NCBI GenBank assembly: GCA_032718475.1
Contig: JAUCBJ010006859.1
Span: 10,377 to 74,376, forward strand
Length of the DNA stretch: 64,000 nucleotides
Reading direction: 5' to 3'
Origin: Nemertoderma westbladi
Lineage: Eukaryota > Animalia > Xenacoelomorpha
In this document: positions 40,122 to 52,590 of the stretch, piece by piece
How positions within the stretch are numbered: the first letter of the stretch is position 1
How the letters are laid out: each line of letters starts with the position of its first letter
Made by a program: the position numbers and the translations under genes
Notes under the pieces: generated by a model
What the model was told of the DNA's origin: nothing
Databases searched by the model: none
What the model saw: the letters and a program-made list of their open reading frames with translations, nothing else

Positions 40122-40146
40122 ACCCCCCCCCCCCCCCCCCCCCCCC
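40078..40146. repeat. Poly-C tract (about 69 nt, one interruption)
   Basis: Directly visible. Poly-G on the EFL1 sense strand; it explains the spurious poly-Pro/poly-Gly ORFs. Confidence 0.95.
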
Positions 40147-40240
40147 TATTTGGAAAACGGGCATCCTCATAAGTTTTGACTCGCCACACACTGACACAGT
40201 CCAATCATGAATTACTGTAACTACTGTAGTGGTGAAAAAT

Positions 40241-41262
40241 GGAAGGTACTTAAAGAGCAACACGACCGAACACAGTCGAACACACTCCAAAAACTGCCGA
40301 ACACAATCGAACACAGTCGAAAATAGAAAGAGCGCAAAAAATTACACAGGGTACCAACTTTTAGATAAAATTATCCACGCGTTGCTTTTCTATAAGTCAA
40401 TTCCCGAAATTATTGAATAAAATTGTCGCGAAATTAAATATTCAGGTACCGGTAGCTATGTTGTACCGATACAGTACGTCATGTACGTACGGTAACCGGT
40501 GGTAGGCCTAACTTCCTAATTCAACTTCAGCAATCAGTTCCAGCTCACTGAGCTGTTCCAGTACACAGTCAGTTACACGGGTTAGCTAACCCGCTCTTAC
40601 TATATTTATGTGACAGGTACGGTATCCGGTAGGCTTCCCTACATAGTTTGTTGTACATTACAACAGTACACAACAAATTAATAATTTTTTGTTTCCAACC
40701 TACCGGTAGGCGACAAGCTGATCTGATAAGAAATGAATATTTAATTTCGCGACGATTTTTTTTTTTTTTTAATAACTACACCCCAGTCGGGGTAAAATGA
40801 CTGTATATTAATTAATTTTAATTAAATACCATATAATATTATATACACCGAAATAACATGATAATTATTGAAGTCGATACAGTACAGTTTAGTTAGGCCT
40901 TATATTGATTTATTATGGTTGTGCTAAGGTTGATAAGGGTGGACAAAGTGTACATGAAAGACAGTGATAGCGGTCCGAGCATGAGTGCTGGCAGAATCGG
41001 CAGACGCAGTTCTGTGACAGCGGGTGAAAAGGAGTTTGATCGGTGCAGATCGGATTTCGCGACGATTTTATTCCATAATTTCGGGAATTTACTTATAGAA
41101 AAGCAACGCGTGGCTAATTTTATCTATTTAAGGTTTGGTACCAGGTGTTATTGTTTTGTGCTCTTTCTATTTTCGACTGTGTTCGATTGTGTTCGGCAGA
41201 TTTTGGAGTGTGTTCGGGTGTGTTCTTGTGTGTTCGGTCGTGTTGCTCTTTAAGTACCTTCC
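40241..41262. mobile_element. Non-autonomous Mutator-like (MULE) element, 1022 bp
   Basis: Imperfect TIRs of about 195 bp (GGAAGGTACTTAAAGAGCAACACGACCGAACAC... / ...GTGTTCGGTCGTGTTGCTCTTTAAGTACCTTCC) flanked by an exact 9-bp TSD GTGAAAAAT (40232-40240 and 41263-41271). Confidence 0.88.
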
Positions 41263-41518
41263 GTGAAAAATAAAGTTATTGTTTTCAGATCGTCAAAGTC
41301 TATGGAGCGTCGAGCGTAGTTCTGGTCAAATAGACAAGTAATTTTCGTTGCATGGGTCTCATGCGAGATTGCCGTTTCGCTGCTGGCTGAAGCTGCGCTC
41401 CTCGTTGTGAAAAATGCATTCTTACGTATTGCGTCCTGCTTCGCTTACGCATATTTCTAGTATTCTGTACAATTTCTGTGCATGGTGGATGATACATGGT
41501 AAACTTTAATGCTAATGA

Positions 41519-41970
41519 TACGGTGGCTATTTGCGGGCAATTATTTCCATTTTTTAAATTATTTTTCACCGGGTAAAAACACTTATCACCCGGGTGAAAA
41601 TAGTTATCACACGGGTGAAAAACATTTATCACCCGGGTGAAAAACATTTATCACCTGGGTGAAAAACATTTATCACCCGGGTGAAAAACATGTATCAGAA
41701 CTCTGAACATATGTAGTTAGTTTCCTTATAAATAATATCAAAAGCTCATTTTGATCCAGATTCACTCTTGGCGAATTAACATCTCGACCAATGTTAATGA
41801 TCAATTAAGGGAAATGATCAGGTTACAGTGGCATGATATTCTAACCAAAACAATAAACGAAAGTCAATATAGTTAAACATTTAAATATTTTTCACCCGGT
41901 TGATAAATGTTTTTCACCCGGGTGAAAAACATTAAAAAATGGAAATAATTGGCCGCAATCAGCCACCGTG
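41519..41970. mobile_element. MITE, 452 bp, with 6-bp TSD (superfamily unassigned)
   Basis: TIRs TACGGTGGCTATTTGCGGGCAATTATTTCCATTTTTTAA / TTAAAAAATGGAAATAATTGGCCGCAATCAGCCACCGTG, TSD TAATGA (41513-41518 and 41971-41976), subterminal repeats of about 22 bp with palindromic core TCACCCGGGTGA. Confidence 0.85.
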
Positions 41971-42938
41971 TAATGATGAAGATCGTTTACGTTTTACATA
42001 TATATACAGTAATAAAGATCATCATTTTTAGTGGATTTGCGATGTTTTTTAGTGATACTACAGTATAAATGAATTACTGCATTTGTTGTATTTTTTAGCG
42101 ATTTTGGCATTAAATTTATTGAAAAACAAAAACTTATTATTTTTTAGTGCGGTATATGATAATTTCATTATTTTTAGTGAGTCGAGGAATAGTTGTAACT
42201 CTGTCAGTCTGTAACTGTAACTCTCGTAAACAATTGTAAATCTGTCAATTTTGTCTATGTGATGCCGTATCACAGGATTACCACATAGCTCGCGTTCTTG
42301 TACATTCTGGCTCCAGTCTTCTATCTAGCGCAGTATCTACTATGAGACTATATATACCGGTACCTGTATACTGTTACAGTGTTAGTTGTGGTTACTGCAG
42401 TACTGGCTCAGGACTGCACAGCACACCACACAGATTTACACGGTCTTACAGTCTGACGGTTGGAGATTATAGGATTAATATTACAGCTACAGTACAGCAG
42501 TAGTATCCCGGTCCGGTACCGGTAATGCGGTAGACAACGGGGAAAAGTGAACACTATTCAAAATTTTAACTTATTAACAGTAGTATTACTGTATTACCGT
42601 ACAGCCGCACCTCGCAGGCTACAGTCTGACAGTATACGGTACCGGTAGCTGGACTGTGCAGCTGCTGAGCTGTGAGCTGGTGAGCGTGGGGTACCGGTAA
42701 GCCAGTGAGCGTGACAGCGTGAGGAGGTCTGGAGGTGAGACTGAGACAGAGACAATCTTCTGATCTTAATCTAACAATCTAAAACACAGGTTATGTTAGG
42801 CCTATACTGTTATACAGTTATCTGGTTATAGGCCTACTCCTACTCCTACTGTACCTAATAGAATAAGAACCAGGGAACGTATTATCCAATAAACTGCCAA
42901 TTGTGTTACCGGTACGCTATCTTTTGAAAGACTGAAAG

Positions 42939-43267
42939 ATGGCTGCGAGTTTCTTGAGCTACCTACCGGCAAGTCAGATGTCCCATGAGAAGAAATCCAC
43001 TCTCCTAACTCTCATGATCCTAACTATAGCAGCGATTCTCTCCTTCCTAATCAGACTCTTCTCTGTACTCAGATTCGAATCGGTTATTCATGAGTTCGAT
43101 CCCTACTTTAACTACCGTACCACGAGATTTCTTGTTGACAATGGCTACTACGACTTCCATAACTGGTTCGATGACCGCGCCTGGTATCCTTTGGGAAGGA
43201 TTATTGGTGGAACCATCTACCCCGGGTTGATGATTACATCTACTATATTATATAACCTACTCCATAG
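42939..43267 (+). CDS. STT3A: Oligosaccharyltransferase catalytic subunit STT3A, coding exon 1
   Basis: MAASF...[24 protein letters not shown]...[25 protein letters not shown]. Phase-2 donor AG|GTTTGT. The short N-terminus is A-type. Confidence 0.95.
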
Positions 43268-43438
43268 GTTTGTGAGTCGTCATTTCTCATTTTGTCTTTA
43301 TGTCCTACCGCCATCGTACAGTCGTTGTAATTCTGTAACTTACCTTATATAATAACATATTTGTGTATATATACCGGTACTGTAGTAGCGTGTACTGGTG
43401 TAGGCCATATACACGGATACATGACCGAACGTAATCAG

Positions 43439-43521
43439 GATCGAATGTAACATAGTTATTACGTATCGAACGTAACCGCAATTATGTTACATTGGATCCT
43501 ATAACTATGTTACATTCGATC
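43439..43521. repeat. Perfect 21-bp inverted repeat (probable MITE remnant)
   Basis: GATCGAATGTAACATAGTTAT (43439-43459) and its exact reverse complement (43501-43521). The related motif CGAATGTAAC recurs at about 44646, beyond the LINE. Confidence 0.75.
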
Positions 43522-43579
43522 TACAATTTACTAATATTACTATTTATAATATTACTAATATACTATTTACTATTTATAC

Positions 43580-44638
43580 ACGTTCACTCGCAAATGTGAT
43601 AAGGAAATACGGACTGTCCCTACATCTCAACGCAGATGATACTCACATATACATAACATTTAAAAAATCAAACCTGAATGATGCAGTGGATATCACTGAA
43701 AAGTGCCTTTCTGAAGTTCGAGCATGGATGGACTCACATCTTTTAAAGATGAACTCAGATAAGACTAAAGTGGTCATGCTGCAGTCGCAATTCGGTAAAC
43801 AAGTTGAATCCCCGCACGTGATAATCGGTTCCGAGACTATTGGTTGTAGCGCAACTGCGCGTAATATCGGTGTTGAAATCGATTCTCATCTGACATTCCG
43901 TAAGCACATTGGAATTACTGTCAGAGAAGCTTTCTATCACCTCAGGAATCTTGGAAAAATTAAGCGCTATTTATCCAAAGACAATCTTGAGATTTTGATT
44001 CATGCGCTTGTCACAAGTAAATTGGACAACTGCAACTCCCTTTATTACGGTCTTCCGACTGATTCCATTAAAAAGCTACAATATGTGCAGAACTGTGCGG
44101 CGCGTCTTTTAGTTGGTCTCAAGAAAGGTGACAGGCAACGAATGACCCCTGTACTAATGCGACTACATTGGCTTCCAGTGCAACGTCGGATAGACTATAA
44201 AATTGCGATGATTACCTACAAGTGTCTGAATGGAACAGCACCAGTATATCTGCGAGATCTACTGTCACCCTACACGCCCTCCCGGTCACTGAGGTCGTCC
44301 CACTACGAACTGCTGATGATCCCTAGATTCAACATGGTGCACTACGGCAAGCGCGCTTTCTCAGTTGCTGCCCCGACTATTTGGAACAAACTGCCAATCA
44401 ACGTTCGACAATCACCAACCATCGCGGTTTTTAAGTCGAGGCTAAAAACACACTATTTCCACCTGGAGTACGAGTAAATCTGCATAATCATATTCACACG
44501 ATGTTATCAATGTCCGTTTTTAATTAAACTGTTTTTATCTAATTTTTTAGCAATCCTACATTTTAACAGTGCCATGCGCCTTGCTCTTAATTTAGGAAAG
44601 GCGCTATATAAATATTTTAATTATTATTATTATTATTA
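43580..44638 (+). mobile_element. 5'-truncated L2-clade LINE in STT3A intron 1
   Basis: ORF 43596-44477 carries the RT C-terminal half (HLNADDTHIY, LKMNSDKT, HALVTSKLDNCNSL, LHWLPV, RAFSVAAPTIWNKLP, FKSRLKTH). The 3' UTR has a GCGCCTT...AAGGCGCTATATAAAT stem-loop and a (TTA)n tail. Confidence 0.92.
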
Positions 44639-44913
44639 CTAAGCCCGAATGTAACATGCCATTTAAAGGAGCAGGTTACAGATACGTGTTGGGGGAACCA
44701 AAACAATAAACGAAAGTTAACACATGTTACACGATTATGCAGGTTACTTTTATTTAAAGGCAGAAAGGAGCAGGTTACAGAGGCGTGTTGGCGTACATCT
44801 ATCAATACTTAAACAGTGATTAGCTTCTACTAAGTCTGAAACTTACTTTCAGTTTCTGTAGTCTAGTATAGACCTAACTCATATAACAGTCTAAAAATCA
44901 TTATATATTTTAG

Positions 44914-46266
44914 CCTCAACATTACAATCGACATCCGTAACGTATGTGTCTTCCTGGCCCCCCTCTTCTCCTCACTAACTAGCATCGTCACCTACCATCT
45001 CACCAAAGAGCTCTGGTCCACAGGGGCTGGCCTCGTCGCTGCTAGTCTCATTGCTATCGTCCCTGGTTACATATCCCGTTCGGTGGCTGGAAGTTACGAC
45101 AACGAAGGAATCGCCATCTTCTGCATGCTCCTCACCTACACATTGTGGATAAAGGCTGTTAAACGTGGCAGCGTTGCCTGGGCGACCGCCTGCGCAGTCG
45201 CATACTTCTACATGGTATCATCCTGGGGAGGCTACGTCTTCCTTATCAACCTCATACCAATGCATGTATTCGCTCTCATAGTAACCGGTCGTTTCAACGT
45301 TAAGGTCTACGTTAGCTACTGCACCGTCTATTGCCTCGGTACCGTAATGTCAATGCAGATCCCCTTCGTGGGGTTCCAGCCTATACAGAGCTCGGAGCAC
45401 ATGGCCGCCTTCGGGGTCTTTGGACTCTGTCAGATAGTCGGTTTCTACCAGTACGCCGCGAGCAAGTTGTCCAAAGAAGAGTTGAATCTCTTGTCGCGGT
45501 TCGTTATCTCGGCGACGGTGGTGGTCTCGTTGGTTGTCGCCATGGCTCTGCAACTCTCCGGTAAGATCGCGCCCTGGACCGGTCGCTTCTACAGTTTGCT
45601 GGATCCCAGTTACGCCAAGAACAACATCCCCATCATCGCGTCCGTCTCCGAGCATCAACCGACCGCCTGGAGTTCCTTCTACTTCGATCTGCAACTCCTC
45701 GTCTTTATGTTCCCCGTTGGCCTCTACCACTGCTTCGCTAACCTCACCACCGAGAACATCTTTATCATTCTGTACGGCGTCACTAGCATTTACTTCGCCG
45801 GCGTTATGGTTCGATTGATGTTGGTTCTAGCGCCGGTTATGTGCATCCTTGCGAGCATAGGTCTCAACAAAACGATGACGTCCTTTATGAAGAACTTGGA
45901 ATCGACGAATAAGGAAACCCCGCAGCCGAAGAAACGAGCCGACAACTCGTACTCCGTTAAGAACGAGGTCGCCATGGCTGTGGTCGCGATGATCACGCTG
46001 TTCCTGACCACCTACGTGTTCCACTGCACCTGGGTGACCAGCGAGGCCTACAGCAGTCCGTCCATCGTGCTGGCGGCTAGGGGCGGCAGCGATGGAAGTC
46101 GGATGATATTCGACGACTTCAGGGAGGCCTACTACTGGATGCGGCAGAACACCGAGGAAGACGCGAAGATAATGTCCTGGTGGGATTACGGATATCAGAT
46201 AACCGCGATGGCTAACCGAACCATACTAGTCGACAATAACACCTGGAACAACACTCACATATCGAG
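44914..46266 (+). CDS. STT3A: STT3A coding exon 2
   Basis: ttttAG|C CTC AAC... [16 protein letters not shown]...[11 protein letters not shown]...SVSEHQP...WWDYGYQ...[11 protein letters not shown], donor AG|GTTATT. Contains the catalytic WWDYG motif. Confidence 0.96.
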
Positions 46267-46457
46267 GTTATTATTACATTGTACACACCTTATATATTAA
46301 TGTTAAGAAATTTACTATTCGCAACAATAAACTCAGTTCAGTTACCATCGTTTTAAAAAAAAACCAATTGCGAGAAAAATTGCGGTACCCTGTGATATTA
46401 TTTGGATACCGGAACGTTTTATTGGTATACTTCATCGTGATTCCTCTTGTTTTACAG

Positions 46458-46905
46458 AGTCGGCCAAGCGATGTCTTCCACTGAGGATAAAGCCTACGAG
46501 ATAATGCAGGAGCTGGACGTTGACTACGTGCTCGTAATATTCGGCGGCATGGTCGGCTACTCCTCCGACGACATCAACAAGTTCCTCTGGATGGTCCGGA
46601 TCGGCGGCTCCACAGACAGGGGGACCCACATACACGAGAAGGATTACTACACCCCCAGCGGCGAGTTCCGAGTCGACAGAGAGGGCTCCCCCACCCTCCT
46701 CAACTGTCTCATGTACAAACTCTGCTACTACAAGTTCGGTAACGTCTACACCGACGCCAACAAACCGATGGGTTACGATAGAGTTCGCAACGTCGAGATC
46801 GGTAACAAAGACTTCGAGTTGGATGTACTGGAGGAGGCCTACACCACTCAGCATTGGTTGGTGCGGATATACAAGGTGAAACCGATGTCTAATCGGGGTA
46901 TATAG
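46458..46905 (+). CDS. STT3A: STT3A coding exon 3 (terminal)
   Basis: ttttacAG|A GTC... (R)VGQAMSS...[16 protein letters not shown]...LLNCLMYK...[10 protein letters not shown]...*. The spliced CDS totals 2130 nt (709 aa), normal for STT3A. Confidence 0.96.
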
Positions 46906-48046
46906 AGGGTCCCCCTGGGGTTGTATTACTTGAGTTTATTTATTGAGGTGGAGTTGAGACAAGGTGCCGGGTATAGGAATCGGTTGAGTGGCTCGATCCA
47001 GTCCATCGTTATGTCTTCACAGACTTTGGCGGATGCTTTTAGCGACTAAATTATTGTTTGTCTATATATTTATATACAAAGACTCGATAAAAATAATGAA
47101 ATAAGATGATTAGGGACGGGTTGATAATTTTTTATATCATTGCCAGGTGATTTTTATAATAACATCAGTGCCGGTGGTCCAATACACTATTATATTCTGT
47201 AAACCTGCAAACTGCAAGTCTAAACATCGGAATATAAGTTTATTAATCCAAATCGGTGTAGTAATTATGATTAATTATTATCCTAATTGTTTAGGTGAAG
47301 GAAATAAAGACATAAATGGTTAATAGGTGCACATTATTTAACACCTATTTATACACAACACGTGAAATTAATTGTTTTACATTCTTTATTTTGGTTTCTA
47401 TCAGGTATTGTGACCATTTGGTTTTGGATCTCTCAGTTAACTCGAACATCCACCAACACCAGTTAGGTGATAACATACAGTGAGGCTATGTATTTTCAAT
47501 ATCAATAGTAATATTTTTGGGGACATAATATATTACGTGCTAAACTTATTTTCGTTACTGGTTTATAGCTAACTATTTATTTTCTCCAGGTTATAGGTGT
47601 ACGATACCAGTGTTGCTCGAGTTTGTGCAGTTTATATCAAACAAACCTTGTATAGTAAACAACTTGCATACAAAATGTGAATTAATACATTCCTGCGGTT
47701 TTCGGTGTCAGCTTAATCTTAAAGCTAATCTATAATCAACGATATTAGTTTCAATGATGGGAAGGCCCACTTTGAGAAGCTCCAAAACGATGGCAGTGTA
47801 TTGAATGATAACGTAGTGTGATACATCCTGTGTGTGTCTGAGTATCTAGGAAGTACTCCATACTCACAGACACAGATATACACAGAGAGACATACATAGC
47901 TCCTTTGCCAAAGTCTAGATTGATGCAAAGAGAATGAAGCATCAGCATCAAGCAAACAGCATACCGATAGATAGAGCCAGTAAATATCAGTCGGCTTCTT
48001 CAAGACATACTCTAAAGATCAGCCCCCAGCGGCAAATTTCACAAAA

Positions 48047-50020
48047 AGGGAACCCCAAAATTCAAGAAAAAAAGGGGGAAAGGAGCCACAAATGTTAAAA
48101 TAAAGGGGAAAAGGGAACCACAACAGATAAATTAAAGGGGAAAAAGGAACCACAAAAGATAAAATAAAGGGGAAAAAGGAACCACAAAAGATAAAATAAA
48201 GGGGAAAAAGGAACCACAAAAGATAAAATAAAGGGGAAAAAGGAACCACAAAAGATAAAATAAAGGGGAAAAAGGAGCCACAAAAAGATAAAATAAAGGG
48301 GAAAAAGGAACCACAAAAGATAAAATAAAGGGGAAAAAGGAACCCCAAAAGATAAAATAAAGGGGAAAAAGGAGCCACAAAAGATAAAATAAAGGGGAAA
48401 AAGGAACCACAAAAGATAAAATAAAGGGGAAAAAGGAACCACAAAAGATAAAATAGAGGGGAAAAAGGAACCCCAAAAGATAAAATAAAGGGGAAAAAGG
48501 AACCACAAAAGATAAAATAAAGGGGAAAAGGAACCACAAAAGATAAAATAAAGGGGAAAAAGGAACCACAAAAGATAAAATAAAGGGGAAAAAGGAACCA
48601 CAAAAGATAAAATAAAGGGGAAAAAGGAACCCCAAAAGATAAAATAAAGGGGAAAAAGGAACCACAAAAGATAAAATAAAGGGGAAAAAGAAACCACAAA
48701 AGATAAAATAAAGGGGAAAAGGGAACCACAAAAGATAAAAATGGGAAAAAGGAACCACAAAAGATAAAATAAAGGGGAAAAAGGAACCCCAAAAGATAAA
48801 ATAAAGGAGAAAAAGGGAACCACAAAATATAAAATAAAGGGGAAAAAGGAACCACAAAAGATAAAATAAAGGGGAAAAGGGAACCACAAAAGATAAAATA
48901 AAGGAGAAAAGGGAACCACAAAAGATAAAATAAAGGGGAAAAAGGAACCACAAAAGATAAAAATAAAGGAGAAAAAGGAACCCCAAAAGATAAAATAAAG
49001 GGGAAAAAGGAACCACAAAAGATAAAATAAAGGGGAAAAAGGAACCACAAAAGATAAAATAAAGGGGAAAAAGGAACCACAAAAGATAAAATAAATGGGA
49101 AAAAGGAACCCCAAAAGATAAAATAAAGGGGAAAAAGGAACCACAAAAGATAAAATAAAGGGGAAAAAGGAACCACAAAAGATAAAATAAAGGGGAAAAA
49201 GGAACCACAAAAGATAAAATAAAGGGGAAAAAGGAACCACAAAAGATAAAATAAATGGGAAAAAGGAACCCCAAAAGATAAAATAAAGGGGAAAAAGGAA
49301 CCACAAAAGATAAAATAAAGGTGAAAAAGGAACCACAAAAGATAAAATAAAGGGGAAAAAGAAACCCCAAAAGATAAAATAAAGGGGAAAAAGGAACCCC
49401 AAAAGATAAAATAAAGGGGAAAAAGGAACCCCAAAAGATAAAATAAAGGGGAAAAAGGAACCCCAAAAGATAAAATAAAGGGGAAAAAGGAACCCCAAAA
49501 GATAAAATGAAGGGGAAAAAGGAACCACAAAAGATTAAATAAAGGGGAAAAAGGAACCCCAAAAGATAAAATAAAGGGGAAAAAGGAACCCCAAAAGATA
49601 AAATAAAGGGGAAAAAGGAACCCCAAAAGATAAAATAAAGGGGAAAAAGGAACCACAAAAGATAAAATAAAGGGGAAAAAGGAACCACAAAAGATAAAAT
49701 AAAGGGGAAAAAGGAACCACAAAAGATAAAATAAAGGGGAAAAAGGAACCACAAAAGATAAAATAAAGGGGAAAAAGGAACCCCAAAAGATAAAATAAAG
49801 GGGAAAAAGGAACCCCAAAAGATAAAATAAAGGGGAAAAAGGAACCCCAAAAGATAAAATAAAGGGGAAAAAGGAACCCCAAAAGATAAAATAAAGGGGA
49901 AAAAGGAACCCCAAAAGATAAAATAAAGGGGAAAAAGGAACCACAAAAGATAAAATAAAGGGGAAAAAGGAACCCCAAAAGATAAAATAAAGGGGAAAAA
50001 GGAACCACAAAAGATAAAAA
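48047..50020. repeat. Purine-rich 32-bp minisatellite (about 60 copies)
   Basis: Unit GGAACC(A/C)CAAAAGATAAAATAAAGGGGAAAAA. It produces spurious Phe/Leu-rich ORFs in all three minus frames. Confidence 0.97.
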
Positions 50021-50933
50021 GAGATAAAGAGTTGCTTCCCTCATTTTTCAGTAATTTTATGGATTACCTACCAAATAGTTTACATAGAGGTCTCGTGGAG
50101 TTTGATAGTTAATGGATGTGATGCAGTAGTGTAGAAAGTGGAAAATAAAACCTGAAGTTTTCCATTTTTTAATGTTAGAAAATGAGAAATTTCAGCGAAG
50201 TAAAATTGAGCGCAGTGCTACAGTATGTAGGCGGCAGCATCATATTTTAAAAATTAAAATCATTAAATTTCCTTAAGAATGTGATCTATAATGACTAGGG
50301 TTTAAAAAAATTCATGATACAGAATATTACCCATGAAACTTTTGAATTTTTTAAATTTGTTATGAAATATAATGAATTATTTAAATTGAACAATGTATGG
50401 GGGGGGGTGGGGGGGGGTGGGTGATGGGTACCTGGGGCGCGCCTATTTTATGAAGCGGGTAGGAAGTTTATGAAGGGCCCACATGAGTTAACAAACTTAT
50501 GGTTATTGCGTACAACCATCGCCTACAGTCGATCACTAAGACGGAGTCTTCAAAGCAAAGGGCAATTCGACAATCCTTCTGTGTTGTAGCGACGGAGGAC
50601 GATGTAACCATGGGATATGACTACGCTCTGGGTCATTTGACAGATGCTGATGACACCAGCGATGAAGAATTGGAGTTCGAGAGGTTTGAAGACTATACTG
50701 TTTAGTTTTAGTTAGTTAAAGATTGGGTTGTGACTTATTGTTATATGATTTTAATTAATATAATTATAATATTACAACTATATTATTCAAAAACCATTTT
50801 ACTACTATTATTATTGCTACATTAATACTATTATTTAAGTAACAAATATTGATGATTTTCAAGCTTACACCGATGATTATATGTAGTGGGAAGAGGTAGA
50901 AGCAAAATACAGTCTAGTAAAACAGTCAAAAAT

Positions 50934-52049
50934 AACAGTCTCCAAAATAAAATATATAAAACAGTCTAACTCCAAAATAAAATATATAAAACAGTCTAAC
51001 TCCAAAATAAAATATATAAAACAGTCTAACTCCAAAATAAAATATATAAAACAGTCTAACTCCAAAATAAAATATATAAAACAGTCTAACTCCAAAATAA
51101 AATACATAAAACAGTCTAACTCCAAAATAAAATATATAAAACAGTCTAACTCCAAAATAAAATATATAAAACAGTCTAACTCCAAAATAAAATATATAAA
51201 ACAGTCTAACTCCAAAATAAAATATATAAAACAGTCTAACTCCAAAATAAAATATATAAAACAGTCTAACTCCAAAATAAAATATATAAAACAGTCTAAC
51301 TCCAAAATAAAATATATAAAACAGTCTAACTCCAAAATAAAATATATGAAACAGTCTAACTCTAAAATATAATATATAAAACAGTCTAACTCTAAAATAA
51401 AATATATAAAACAGTCTAACTCCAAAATAAAATATATAAAACAGTCTAACTCCAAAATAAAATATATAAAACAGTCTAACTCCAAAATAAAATATATAAA
51501 ACAGTCTAACTCCAAAGTAAAATATATAAAACAGTCTAACTCCAAAATAAAATATATAAAACAGTCTAACTCCAAAATAAAATATATAAAACAGTCTAAC
51601 TCCAAAATAAAATATATAAAACAGTCTAACTCCAAAATAAAATATATAAAACAGTCTAACTCCAAAATAAAATATATAAAACAGTCTAACTCCAAAATAA
51701 AATATATAAAACAGTCTAACTCCAAAATAAAATATATAAAACAGTCTAACTCCAAAATAAAATATATAAAACAGTCTAACTCCAAAATAAAATATATAAA
51801 ACAGTCTAACTCCAAAATAAAATATATAAAACAGTCTAACTCCAAAATAAAATACATAAAACAGTCTAACTCCAAAATAAAATATATAAAACAGTCTAAC
51901 TCCAAAATAAAATATATAAAACAGTCTAACTCCAAAATAAAATATATAAAACAGTCTAACTCCAAAATAAAATATATAAAACAGTCTAACTCCAAAATAA
52001 AATATATAAAACAGTCTAACTCCAAAATAAAATATATAAAACAGTCTAA
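50934..52049. repeat. AT-rich 30-bp minisatellite (about 37 copies)
   Basis: Unit TCCAAAATAAAATATATAAAACAGTCTAAC, nearly invariant. Confidence 0.98.
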
Positions 52050-52149
52050 AACTAATAAAGACTAATCGAATAAGTGACGAAAGTTATGAGTCGCTGAATA
52101 CTCTGATTGGAATACATTTCATGAACCTTCATTTCATGAAGGCAACTTG

Positions 52150-52590
52150 GGAAACAGATTGGAATGGTTTACTGTGGAAGATCACCCGTGGTGGTGAACA
52201 GGCATTCCTTTAGGAAACAGATTGAATGGTTTACTGTGGAAGATCACCCATGGTGGTGAACAGGCATTCCTTTAGGAAACAGAGCGGAAGGGTTTACTGT
52301 GGAAGATCACCCGTGGTGGTGAACAGGCATTCCTTTAGGAAACAGATTGGAATGGTTTACTGTGGAAGATCACCCATGGTGGTGAACAGGCATTCCTTTA
52401 GGAAGCAGAGTGGAAGGGTTTACTGTGGAAGATCACCCATGGTGGTGAACAGGCATTCCTTTAGGAAACAGAGTGGAAGGGTTTACTGTGGAAGATCACC
52501 CATGGTGGTGAACAGGCATTCCTTTGGGAGACAGAATGGAAGAAGGGTTTACTGTGGAAGATCACCCATGGTGGTGAACAGGCATTCCTT
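52150..52590. repeat. 63-bp minisatellite (about 7 copies)
   Basis: Unit GGTTTACTGTGGAAGATCACCC(A/G)TGGTGGTGAACAGGCATTCCTTTAGGAAACAGAGTGGAAG with minor indels. Confidence 0.93.

Noticed and set aside
40004-40314. Poly-Pro and poly-Gly ORFs
   Set aside because: Translations of the poly-C tract and the MULE TIR.
45331-46854. Several overlapping alternative-frame and antisense ORFs in STT3A
   Set aside because: Expected shadows of a GC3-rich coding sequence, with no recognisable domains.
48019-50044. Long hydrophobic Phe-rich ORFs (up to 663 aa)
   Set aside because: Open in all three frames because the T/C-rich strand of the 32-bp repeat lacks stops, and indels shift frames freely.
50499-50705. 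68-aa ORF with acidic tail
   Set aside because: Short, with no recognisable domain or clear splice context. It may be a transposon remnant but this is unsupported.
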